Shown here in pieces: positions 56,549 through 64,000 of a stretch of 64,000 bases of DNA. The stretch lies in NCBI GenBank assembly GCA_964637845.1, contig CAZWXI010000003.1, positions 27,859-91,858 on the forward strand, written 5' to 3'. Below the pieces are notes generated by a model. It saw nothing but the letters and a program-made list of their open reading frames with translations. It did not search any database and was not told where the DNA came from. Made by a program: the position numbers and the translations under genes. Within the stretch, counting starts at the first letter, position 1. Each line of letters opens with the position of its first letter. This DNA is from an uncultured Hyphomicrobiales bacterium. GTDB lineage: Bacteria; Bacteroidota; Ignavibacteria; Kapaibacteriales; UBA2268.

Positions 56549-57445
56549 TTAGTACTTTTTCACATCAAAATTTGATAAAGCTCCATCTATTGTAATGGTG
56601 ATTTTCTGTTTCCAGTCATCATAATCTTCTGTATAGAACACGCCTTGTTCAGTACTGATGAAATCTTTGAATTGAGTTGATGATAGAGTTGTTCTGGTGA
56701 TTATTTTACATCCTGCGTCTCGTGGGATCCATATTTCGAAATTTGCCGCCCCCGAGTTTATTTCGATATTTGAATCGGAAAGGTTGCCCAATGTTATATT
56801 AAAATCAGATGCCCCTGCATTAATATTAAGATTTTTCAATAAAACATCTTTAAAGTCTAATTTGACATTCGACGCACCTGTTTTAAGATGTAAGTCCCAT
56901 ACATATACCTGCCCAAGTAAAATTTCCATGGTTTTAGAATCTCCAGACTTTGTATCAGTGCCACTAAAACTGTAATAGATGGTTGAATCACGAATTTCTT
57001 TGTGAACATCTGAAGAAGCATGATAAGATACAATTTTAAATCCCGTGTTGCCAACTGATGTAAACTGAAATTGACCAACGCCGCCTGAGAAATCAAGTTC
57101 AGCAAATTTGATTGAATCAATAAAGCTATCTTCGTAGCTTTTCAAGAATGACTTGTTTTTCGTGATATTTATGGTTTTGTCAATATTTATGTCCATAAAT
57201 TTGTTGCTTATAGATATATATATTGAACCTAACAAAAAAGCCAGCATTATACCTGAGAGCGTCGCCAAAACAAGTTTGGCAATATTGTTTATTTTTAATA
57301 GTGCAACACCCCAAACAATAAGCAAAATTGGCCAGTAAGTAATAACTCCTGAAAACTCAGGAATGGGAAACCCAAAATTAATAGCGAGGAAAAACAATCC
57401 TAAAAAAATCAGGAAAGAACCTATGAATAATGCTCCTGCCTTCAT
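56549..57445 (-). CDS. LiaF-like membrane protein with a C-terminal beta-rich 'toastrack' (DUF2154/DUF4097-like) domain
   Basis: The N-terminal TM region (LFIGSFLIFLGLFFLAINFG...WPILLIVWGVALL) resembles the LiaI/LiaF TM module. The C-terminus has repetitive beta-strand units (LNINAGASDFNITLG, IEINSGAANFEIWIP). It overlaps the upstream PspC gene by 4 nt (ATGA). Confidence 0.55.
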   Translation of the reverse strand: MKAGALFIGSFLIFLGLFFLAINFGFPIPEFSGVITYWPILLIVWGVALLKINNIAKLVLATLSGIMLAFLLGSIYISISNKFMDINIDKTINITKNKSFLKSYEDSFIDSIKFAELDFSGGVGQFQFTSVGNTGFKIVSYHASSDVHKEIRDSTIYYSFSGTDTKSGDSKTMEILLGQVYVWDLHLKTGASNVKLDFKDVLLKNLNINAGASDFNITLGNLSDSNIEINSGAANFEIWIPRDAGCKIITRTTLSSTQFKDFISTEQGVFYTEDYDDWKQKITITIDGALSNFDVKKY

Positions 57446-57888
57446 AAGAAGTTTCCCTCACTCCGACGTTTATATGAACCGTAGAGCAATGACGCACCTA
57501 TAACAATCAATATCAGTGGCCATACATATTTGAATTGAATCCAATCGGTCACTTTATCTGTAAAAATTATTACTCCTAAGCCAATAAGAAAGATTCCTGC
57601 TATTATCTTTCGGTCGGCTTTCTTTTTGGTGGTATGCAAATCAGCATCTTCACTTAAATTATCGTGTTTATCATTATTGAAGTCGTAGTAATATTCTAAC
57701 TCGTCTGGATTCTCCGGTAAAATTATCCAAAGTAGTATATATACTATTATGCTGACTCCCCAAGCAAACGCAGTTATTATAAACAGCACTCTCACGATAA
57801 CAGGGTCAATGTCGAAATAGTCTCCAAGACCACCTGCGACGCCGCCTATCATTTTACTTTTTCGTGATTTATATAATCTTTGTGCCAT
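57442..57888 (-). CDS. PspC-domain membrane protein
   Basis: RLYKSRKSKMIGGVAGGLGDYFDIDPVIVRVLFIITAFAWGVSIIVYILLWIILP is a canonical PspC domain. Confidence 0.8.
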   Translation of the reverse strand: MAQRLYKSRKSKMIGGVAGGLGDYFDIDPVIVRVLFIITAFAWGVSIIVYILLWIILPENPDELEYYYDFNNDKHDNLSEDADLHTTKKKADRKIIAGIFLIGLGVIIFTDKVTDWIQFKYVWPLILIVIGASLLYGSYKRRSEGNFL

Positions 57889-58178
57889 TTGTTACATTAA
57901 CTAAATCATTAATTAAAACTTTATACACTACACAATACGTTAGCAACAAATATAATGTTTCGTTTATAACACAAAATACTAATTTGATTTTGAGATATAA
58001 TGATTTTTAATTAAATTGGAATATGTTACATATTACAAATATTTTAATTAGATATGACAAACACTTTGAGACAACAAATTGGGCAAATCGGGGCTTTTAA
58101 TTTGATGAAAATTCGTTAATTTGTATCTCAGTAATGTGTTAATAAAAATAAGTTTTTTCAATTTTATCGGTAGGGAAT

Positions 58179-59519
58179 ATGAGCTTCTTTTCAATCAATA
58201 AATCATTTAAGGGTGGTGTTCATCCCGATGAACACAAAGATCTTACCGAGCACTTGGTATTTGAAACAATGCCGATCCCGAATGAAGTAATTATACCTTT
58301 AGCACAACATTTGGGCAAACCTTCGAAATTGCTCGTAAAAAAGCGTGACATGGTGAAATCAGGTCAGATAATTGCTGAACCCGATGGGTTTATCTCATCT
58401 CTGATTCACAGCCCCATTACAGGTAAAGTAAAAGATATTGGTAAAAATGCAAGCGTTGGAGGCAAACCGTTAGAATCAGTTACTATTGCTGCCGAAGGAA
58501 ATGATGAAGTCCTTTATCTGGAAGCATTAGACCCGGAAACTGTAAGCTCCGAAACTATTATCCAAAGAGTCAAAGATGCAGGTATTGTAGGACAAGGGGG
58601 AGCGGCATTTCCGACGTATGTGAAATTAATGCCTCCCAAAGACAAGAATATTGAACGCCTTATCATAAACGGAGCTGAGTGCGAACCATATTTGACACGT
58701 GATTATCGTTACATGGTCGAAAGAACTGAAGCACTAATAATAGGTATTAAACTCATCATGCGTGCTTTGGGAGTTAAAAAAGGTATCATTGGTATTGAAG
58801 ATAATAAACCCGAAGCTATCGCCAAACTTAAGGAAACATTGACTAAGCATCCTGAAATCAAACTTGAGGTCCTTAGAACAAAATATCCTCAGGGAGCGGA
58901 AAAAATGTTAATCAAAGTTGCAGTGAATCGCGAAGTTCCCCCGGGCAAGTTACCATTGGATATTGGTGTTGTTATCCAAAACATTCGTACTGCTGTTTCA
59001 GTTTATGATGCAGTAGTCAAAGGGGAACCACAGATAACAGCCGCTTTAACCGTTTCAGGTTTTGGCATAGTAAATCCCAAAAATTTGATTGTTAGAGTCG
59101 GTACTACGATACAAGAGGTCTTGGATTTTTGTGGCGGAGTGAACGATGATGCAAAAAAAGTCATTGTCGGTGGTCCCATGATGGGCGTTGCTCAATACGA
59201 TTTAAGCGCTCCCGTTCAAAAAGCAACTTCTGGACTATTGGTACTTACTGAACCCGAAATGCAACATAATCAGGAAACTAACTGCCTAAGGTGTGGCGCT
59301 TGCGTTGATGTTTGTGCATTAAATCTTATCCCAAAAGATTTGGCAAGATTATCTAAAGCAGGTAGATTAGACGAAGCCGAAGCATTAGGAGTTACAGTTT
59401 GCATGGAATGCGGGACATGTTCTTATAATTGCCCTGCAAATATTCCGCTTGTTCAATGGATTAGATTAGGAAAACAGAGAGTAATTAATATACAAAGAAA
59501 CAGACAAAAAGTTGGTTGA
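58179..59519 (+). CDS. rnfC: Rnf electron transport complex subunit C
   Basis: GGVHP N-terminus, GQGGAAFPTYVKL, INGAECEPYLT and two ferredoxin motifs (CLRCGACVDVC, CMECGTCSYNCP). Confidence 0.92.
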   Translation: MSFFSINKSFKGGVHPDEHKDLTEHLVFETMPIPNEVIIPLAQHLGKPSKLLVKKRDMVKSGQIIAEPDGFISSLIHSPITGKVKDIGKNASVGGKPLESVTIAAEGNDEVLYLEALDPETVSSETIIQRVKDAGIVGQGGAAFPTYVKLMPPKDKNIERLIINGAECEPYLTRDYRYMVERTEALIIGIKLIMRALGVKKGIIGIEDNKPEAIAKLKETLTKHPEIKLEVLRTKYPQGAEKMLIKVAVNREVPPGKLPLDIGVVIQNIRTAVSVYDAVVKGEPQITAALTVSGFGIVNPKNLIVRVGTTIQEVLDFCGGVNDDAKKVIVGGPMMGVAQYDLSAPVQKATSGLLVLTEPEMQHNQETNCLRCGACVDVCALNLIPKDLARLSKAGRLDEAEALGVTVCMECGTCSYNCPANIPLVQWIRLGKQRVINIQRNRQKVG

Positions 59520-59531
59520 TTTTTTTTTTTT
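59520..59531. repeat. T12 homopolymer in the rnfC-rnfD spacer
   Basis: Twelve consecutive T immediately after the rnfC TGA (59517-59519). A C/A-only leader (gcaaaaacacaaacaaacaac) follows, up to the rnfD ATG at 59553. Confidence 0.95.
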
Positions 59532-59552
59532 GCAAAAACACAAACAAACAAC

Positions 59553-60518
59553 ATGACAGAAGTCAGACAAATAGTAAAGACAAAGTTAGAACTGGCAAGT
59601 TCACCACATGTACACACAAAAATGTCAACAGGGCGAGCCATGCAAATGGTAATTTTAGCCTTGTTACCAAGCACATTATCGGCTGTGATTTATTTCGGAT
59701 TGCATCAACTACTGATTTTTTTAGTCAGTATAGCTGTTGCAATGGTCACGGAATATGCAATCAAAAAAATTCGTAAGCAAGCCAATACTTTATATGACGG
59801 AAGTGCCTTTCTCACGGGAATGCTTCTGGCATTGATTTTACCACCGAGTTTCAGTTTAGTCTTTACGGGATTAGGTGCATTTGTTTCGATTGCTTTAGGG
59901 AAGGAAATATTCGGCGGAATCGGTTACAATATCTTTAATCCGGCATTAGTAGGCAGGGCATTCCTGCAAGCCGCATTTCCCGTTCCGATGACAACATGGA
60001 CTCAAACAAATTTTAATGTTGATGCTGTTACAGCCGCAACGCCCTTAGGTGGATATAAATTTGACGGAGTAGCCGCAGATTTAAGTCAAATGTTCATCGG
60101 CAATACCAGTGGCTCTCTTGGAGAAACTTCAGCTATAGCGATCCTTATTGGAGGTATTTTTTTAATAGCTGTTGGCATCGTAAATTGGAGAATCCCTGTA
60201 TCAATGATATTAACCTTGCTTGTTTTTGGAGGCATTATATGGTTAGCATCTCCTAAAATCTACATCAACCCAATTTATCACTTAATAGGCGGCGGATTTT
60301 TATTCGGTGCCTTTTTTATGGCAACAGACTGGGTATCATCACCAATAACAGCAAAGGGAATGTGGATTTTCGGTATTGGTATTTCATTGATAATAATAGT
60401 AATAAGAGTTTTCGGTGGAATACCCGAAGGCGTCATGTATGCAATTTTATTCATGAATGCTTGGGTACCACTAATTAATAGATATACAAAACCAACTATT
60501 TTCGGAGCAAAGAAATGA
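59553..60518 (+). CDS. rnfD: Rnf complex subunit D
   Basis: LASSPHVHTKMSTGRAMQMVILALLP N-terminus and a polytopic membrane protein. A candidate flavinylation site is DAVTAATPLGG. Confidence 0.92.
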   Translation: MTEVRQIVKTKLELASSPHVHTKMSTGRAMQMVILALLPSTLSAVIYFGLHQLLIFLVSIAVAMVTEYAIKKIRKQANTLYDGSAFLTGMLLALILPPSFSLVFTGLGAFVSIALGKEIFGGIGYNIFNPALVGRAFLQAAFPVPMTTWTQTNFNVDAVTAATPLGGYKFDGVAADLSQMFIGNTSGSLGETSAIAILIGGIFLIAVGIVNWRIPVSMILTLLVFGGIIWLASPKIYINPIYHLIGGGFLFGAFFMATDWVSSPITAKGMWIFGIGISLIIIVIRVFGGIPEGVMYAILFMNAWVPLINRYTKPTIFGAKK

Positions 60519-61093
60519 ATACGGCAGTAAAAATGCTAATAACTCTCGCCGCAGTTGGCGTAATTTCCGGAGCTTCGCTATCGCGAATAAGTAATTGGGC
60601 TGAACCCAAAATAGCTGAGCATAGAAAACGCGATACTGAAAAGGCAATATTCATGGTTCAAAAAGATGCAAAGTCATATCGCAAAGTCGAAGATGCACCA
60701 TTCGAACTCTATGAAGTATTCGATATGGACACTAATAAAATCGGATACGCTCTTCCCTATTCCGGAAACGGGTTCCAGGGTAAGGTAAGAATAATGATTG
60801 GAGTTGACCTTGAAATTACAAGGATCCTTGCCATTGAAATATTAGAACAGGTTGAAACTCCTGGTTTAGGTACAAAAATTACAGAAGAACCTTTTACAAA
60901 TCAATTTGTAAATTTAAATTGTAATCCCAAAATCGAATCGGTCAAAGGCTCTCCTCCTTCAAAGGACAACCAAATACAAGCCATAACGGGAGCAACTATT
61001 TCGTCGGTTGCAGTTGTAGACATTATGAATAACGGATTAAACGAATTGCGTAAATTCAAACAATCAGGGGCTTTGACATGGCAAAACAACTAA
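60515..61093 (+). CDS. rnfG: Rnf complex subunit G (FMN-binding)
   Basis: N-terminal anchor, an FMN_bind domain with ITGATISS, and an ATGA overlap with rnfD. Confidence 0.88.
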   Translation: MNTAVKMLITLAAVGVISGASLSRISNWAEPKIAEHRKRDTEKAIFMVQKDAKSYRKVEDAPFELYEVFDMDTNKIGYALPYSGNGFQGKVRIMIGVDLEITRILAIEILEQVETPGLGTKITEEPFTNQFVNLNCNPKIESVKGSPPSKDNQIQAITGATISSVAVVDIMNNGLNELRKFKQSGALTWQNN

Positions 61094-61839
61094 GTTTATC
61101 CCAAGAATACATGAAAGGTGTATGGGACCAAAATCCCGTACTCAAACAAGCGTTAGGCCTGTGCCCAGTGTTGGCAGTAACTGTTTCGGCTATAAATGGT
61201 ATTGCTATGGCATTGGCTACGACATTCGTTTTGGTGTTTTCAAGCATCATAATTTCAGCAATACGAAAATTAATACCAACTCAAGTACGCATTGCTTCAT
61301 TCATACTAATTATTGCAACTTTTGTTACAATTGTGGATTTAGTTATGAAGGCACAGTTCCCCGATTTGAGTAAATCCTTAGGTCCTTATATCCCGCTGAT
61401 CATCGTGAATTGCTTAATTCTTGGACGTCAAGAAGCTTTTTCTTCAAAAAATCCTCTTCAAAGAACTTTGATGGATTCACTGGGAATGGGAACGGGATTT
61501 CTGATTGTTCTTTTCGTTTTGGGTGGCATAAGAGAAATTTTAGGCGAACGTACTTTGTTGGGCATTCAAGTTTTACCTGACATATACGAACCTTGGCTTG
61601 TAATGATTTTACCCGCAGGAGCATTTATTACTCTCGGTTTCATGCTTGGTTTTTCGAATTATTATACTATGAACAAAAAGGAGAAAACTCATAAGGCAAT
61701 AGTTGAAACCTATCTAAAGAGCAAGTCTGAACGCCTTGCACAGCATAGAGCCGAAGTCTTGGCTCAAGAAAAGGCGGCAATGGAAGCAAAAGCCAAAGCC
61801 AAACAAGATGATAAGTCTGAAGACAAAAACAAATCATAG
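61078..61839 (+). CDS. rnfE: Rnf complex subunit E, with a ~55-aa charged C-terminal extension
   Basis: GVWDQNPVLKQALGLCPVLAVT is the RnfE/NqrD N-terminal signature. The tail reads NKKEKTHK...AQEKAAMEAKAKAKQDDKSEDKNKS. Confidence 0.9.
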   Translation: MAKQLSLSQEYMKGVWDQNPVLKQALGLCPVLAVTVSAINGIAMALATTFVLVFSSIIISAIRKLIPTQVRIASFILIIATFVTIVDLVMKAQFPDLSKSLGPYIPLIIVNCLILGRQEAFSSKNPLQRTLMDSLGMGTGFLIVLFVLGGIREILGERTLLGIQVLPDIYEPWLVMILPAGAFITLGFMLGFSNYYTMNKKEKTHKAIVETYLKSKSERLAQHRAEVLAQEKAAMEAKAKAKQDDKSEDKNKS

Positions 61840-61848
61840 GATATAACA

Positions 61849-62427
61849 ATGGAAATAATATTAATATTTTTATCTTCGGCAGTTGTTAATAACTTCGTAT
61901 TAGCATACTTTTTGGGTATTTGCCCATTTGTTGGTGTATCAAGTAAGCTTTCATCAGCTTTTTCGATGGGAATGGCAACTACCTTTGTTATGACAATTAC
62001 GGCAATAGTTTCGTGGTTAATATATAATTTAGTCCTAATCCCAAATAGTCTTGAATTCCTTCAATACGTCTCGTTTATATTGGTAATTGCGTCACTAGTA
62101 CAGTTCGTAGAAATGTTCGTTAAAAAAATAAGCCAACCATTATATAGGGCACTTGGTATATTTTTGCCATTGATAACCACAAATTGCGCCATTTTGGGTC
62201 TTGCATTATTCATAGTTCTTAAAGAGTATAATTTCATTGAAAGCATTTTCTATGGACTAGGTGCAGGTATTGGTTTTACGATGGCAATTGTAATTATGGC
62301 TGGTATTCGTGAGGAACTTGAACTTGCCGACGTACCCAAAGCATTTCGCGGTGCACCGATAACAATGATTGTAGCAGGTATACTGGCATTGGCGTTCATG
62401 GGATTTGCAGGTATGATTTCAGTATAA
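61849..62427 (+). CDS. rnfA: Rnf complex subunit A
   Basis: SSAVVNNFVLAYFLGICPFVGVS and ITTNCAILG motifs (RnfA/NqrE). Confidence 0.93.
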   Translation: MEIILIFLSSAVVNNFVLAYFLGICPFVGVSSKLSSAFSMGMATTFVMTITAIVSWLIYNLVLIPNSLEFLQYVSFILVIASLVQFVEMFVKKISQPLYRALGIFLPLITTNCAILGLALFIVLKEYNFIESIFYGLGAGIGFTMAIVIMAGIREELELADVPKAFRGAPITMIVAGILALAFMGFAGMISV

Positions 62428-62428
62428 T

Positions 62429-63403
62429 ATGATGAAAATAACTTTTATATTGTTACTTGCCGTTATATTGCTTGGATGCGAAAATCAAAGCAAGAGAGAG
62501 CCTTTTACGCGCTCGACTATTTCCATGGGCACTTCGCTGGAGATAAAAATTCATGACATTGATGAGAAAACCGGAATTGAGCTAACAAATCTCGTAGTAG
62601 AAGAAGCTCAAAGATTAAATGATAAATACTCCACTTATAAAAACGATAATTTTATGGCTTGGCTGAATAATTCAACCGATGATATTATTGAAGTGGACTC
62701 CGAAACTTACTTTTTGCTGGAAAAATGTGATGAAATCCATAGACTTACTAAAGGTGGATTCGACCCTGCCGTCGGTAATATTATTGACTTACTCGGATTT
62801 GAAAAAGGTACACCCAATCTCCCGCCAAAAGAACAAATTGATAGCGTTTTAAAAGAAGTCGGATGGAAGCATATACAACTCATAGGCGATAAGAAATTCC
62901 GGAAACATGCTCATATTAAGCTGAATTTTGGCGGTATCGTAAAAGGATATGCAGTTGACAGGATGTATGATATTTTAGATTCTACAGGAATTAAAGAGTT
63001 TTTAATAAATTTCGGCGGTGAAGTCAAAGCAAAAGGTGATAATTGGTCGATAGGGATACAACATCCACGAGTAAAGGAAGAATTACTGGGAATTTTAAAG
63101 CTTAATCGCTACGGTTCAGCTACTTCTGGCGATTACGAACGATTTTTTAAAAAAGGTAATAAAAGATATCATCATATAATTAATCCTGTAACGGGCTACC
63201 CATCTGACGAATGTATGAGCGTCACAATTATTTGTGAAAGTATGACTGACGCTGATGGTTACGCGACAGGTGTGTTCGTTATGGGTACTCGAACCGGACT
63301 TGAGATTATTGAATCAATTCCCGAAATAGAAGGTATGATAGTAGATACGGCTGGAAATGTATTTAAATCAACAGGATTTGATAAATATTTTAGGAGTAAA
63401 TAA
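62429..63403 (+). CDS. apbE: FAD:protein FMN transferase ApbE (lipoprotein)
   Basis: Lipobox LLGC. Also MGTSLEI, GGIVKGYAVDR, ATSGDYERFF and YHHIINPVTGYP motifs. Confidence 0.9.
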   Translation: MMKITFILLLAVILLGCENQSKREPFTRSTISMGTSLEIKIHDIDEKTGIELTNLVVEEAQRLNDKYSTYKNDNFMAWLNNSTDDIIEVDSETYFLLEKCDEIHRLTKGGFDPAVGNIIDLLGFEKGTPNLPPKEQIDSVLKEVGWKHIQLIGDKKFRKHAHIKLNFGGIVKGYAVDRMYDILDSTGIKEFLINFGGEVKAKGDNWSIGIQHPRVKEELLGILKLNRYGSATSGDYERFFKKGNKRYHHIINPVTGYPSDECMSVTIICESMTDADGYATGVFVMGTRTGLEIIESIPEIEGMIVDTAGNVFKSTGFDKYFRSK

Positions 63404-64000
63404 ATGGAACCAACATTAATTTTAGCGATTGCCACAATGGGCGGCTTAGGATTATTTTTTGCCGCCGGTTTAGCTTTCGCCGATAAAAAACTACGCGTTG
63501 AGGATAATCCCTTTGTTATTAAAATAAACGATGTGCTGCCCGGAGTAAATTGTGGCGCCTGCGGTAAAGCTGGTTGTTATGATTTTGCGGTTAATGTTGC
63601 TGATGGTAAAGCATCCGTAACAGGGTGCCCCGTTGGTGGCTCGGAAACAGCCAAAGAAATCGCAATGATTATGGGGGTCGAAGCATCTGATTCCGAAGTT
63701 AAAAAGATCCCACGCATACTTTGCAAAGGTGGCAACAGTGAAGCTGTAAATAAAATGGTAGAGTATTACGGTCCGCTCAGCTGTGCAGCTATGGATATTG
63801 TCTCAGGCGGTGAAAAGCAATGTTTATACGGCTGTCTTGGAGCTGGCGATTGTGTCGAAGCATGCCCATTTGACGCTCTGGTAATGAATGAAAATGGTAT
63901 TCCCGAAGTAGTTCCCGATTTATGCACAAGTTGTAGTATTTGCGTTAAGTCTTGCCCAAGAGACATTATTGAAATGCACCCGATTGACCAGACTGTTTTC
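63404..64000 (+). CDS. rnfB: Rnf complex subunit B; N-terminal 199 codons, gene runs off the right edge
   Basis: Absent from the ORF track. Hand translation from ATG 63404 gives MEPTLILAIATMGGLGLFFAAGLAFADKKLRVEDNPFVIKINDVLPGVNCGACGKAGCYDFAVNVADGK...CLYGCLGAGDCVEACPFDAL...CTSCSICVKSCP. This is an RnfB N-terminal anchor with Fe-S motifs. Confidence 0.88.
   Translation, partial: MEPTLILAIATMGGLGLFFAAGLAFADKKLRVEDNPFVIKINDVLPGVNCGACGKAGCYDFAVNVADGKASVTGCPVGGSETAKEIAMIMGVEASDSEVKKIPRILCKGGNSEAVNKMVEYYGPLSCAAMDIVSGGEKQCLYGCLGAGDCVEACPFDALVMNENGIPEVVPDLCTSCSICVKSCPRDIIEMHPIDQTVF

Noticed and set aside
59453-59776. Small ORFs spanning the rnfC/rnfD junction (59453-59674 minus, 59516-59776 plus).
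   Set aside because: They overlap the well-supported rnfC end and rnfD start in other frames, run through the T12 tract, and have no recognisable features.
1-64000. A search by eye for tRNA, rRNA, CRISPR repeats, IS elements or transposases, integrases, phage genes, toxin-antitoxin pairs, reverse transcriptases and riboswitch-like structured leaders.
   Set aside because: None found. All intergenic gaps over 90 nt are AT-rich and lack cloverleaf or multi-stem potential or direct repeats: 23029-23135, 37574-37734, 39498-39592, 39905-40126, 43284-43468, 52185-52354 and 57889-58178. A covariance-model scan (tRNAscan, Infernal/Rfam) would be the decisive check.

Overview
This is an AT-rich, very gene-dense chromosomal segment (GC content judged by eye, not computed). 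I support about 57 protein-coding genes, with no rRNA, tRNA, CRISPR array, transposase, integrase or prophage gene. Gene content suggests a Gram-negative bacterium of the FCB superphylum, most like a flagellated Ignavibacteria-type organism; that placement is inference only. Supporting content includes DUF4159, an exbB-exbD-exbD-tonB-PstS-like-TPR cluster, motAB, Rnf, kdsA/lptC and an Omp85 fusion protein. Most of the window is housekeeping:
- nth and rsmG
- yceD-rpmF-plsX-fabHDG-acpP-fabF-rnc-gcvPB
- prmC, pyrB and HU
- kdsA-lptC-tpiA-pgsA-pgpA
- ftsK and recN
- nuoF-nadD
- rnfCDGEA-apbE-rnfB

I hand-translated three things the ORF track missed: rpmF (58 aa) and the two edge-truncated genes (a GT4 glycosyltransferase on the left, rnfB on the right). 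Several track starts are TTG/GTG extensions, and I corrected them using Shine-Dalgarno (SD) spacing.

The least ordinary parts are:
1. A Sec-signal Rhs/YD-repeat protein of about 2,200 aa. It has a degenerate core-end motif and an unrecognisable C-terminal domain of about 350 aa. It sits head-to-tail with a TPR lipoprotein, motAB and a response regulator whose HD-GYP domain has lost its catalytic residues.
2. An rsmG-DUF4159 pair followed by a 1,170-aa membrane-anchored coiled-coil protein.
3. A metalloprotease/beta-propeller/Omp85 fusion.
4. A TonB-ExbBD module with extra components.
5. An orphan nuoF.

I found no clear-cut new system. The Rhs locus is my best candidate. All domain calls come from motif recognition by eye and need HMM or structure confirmation.
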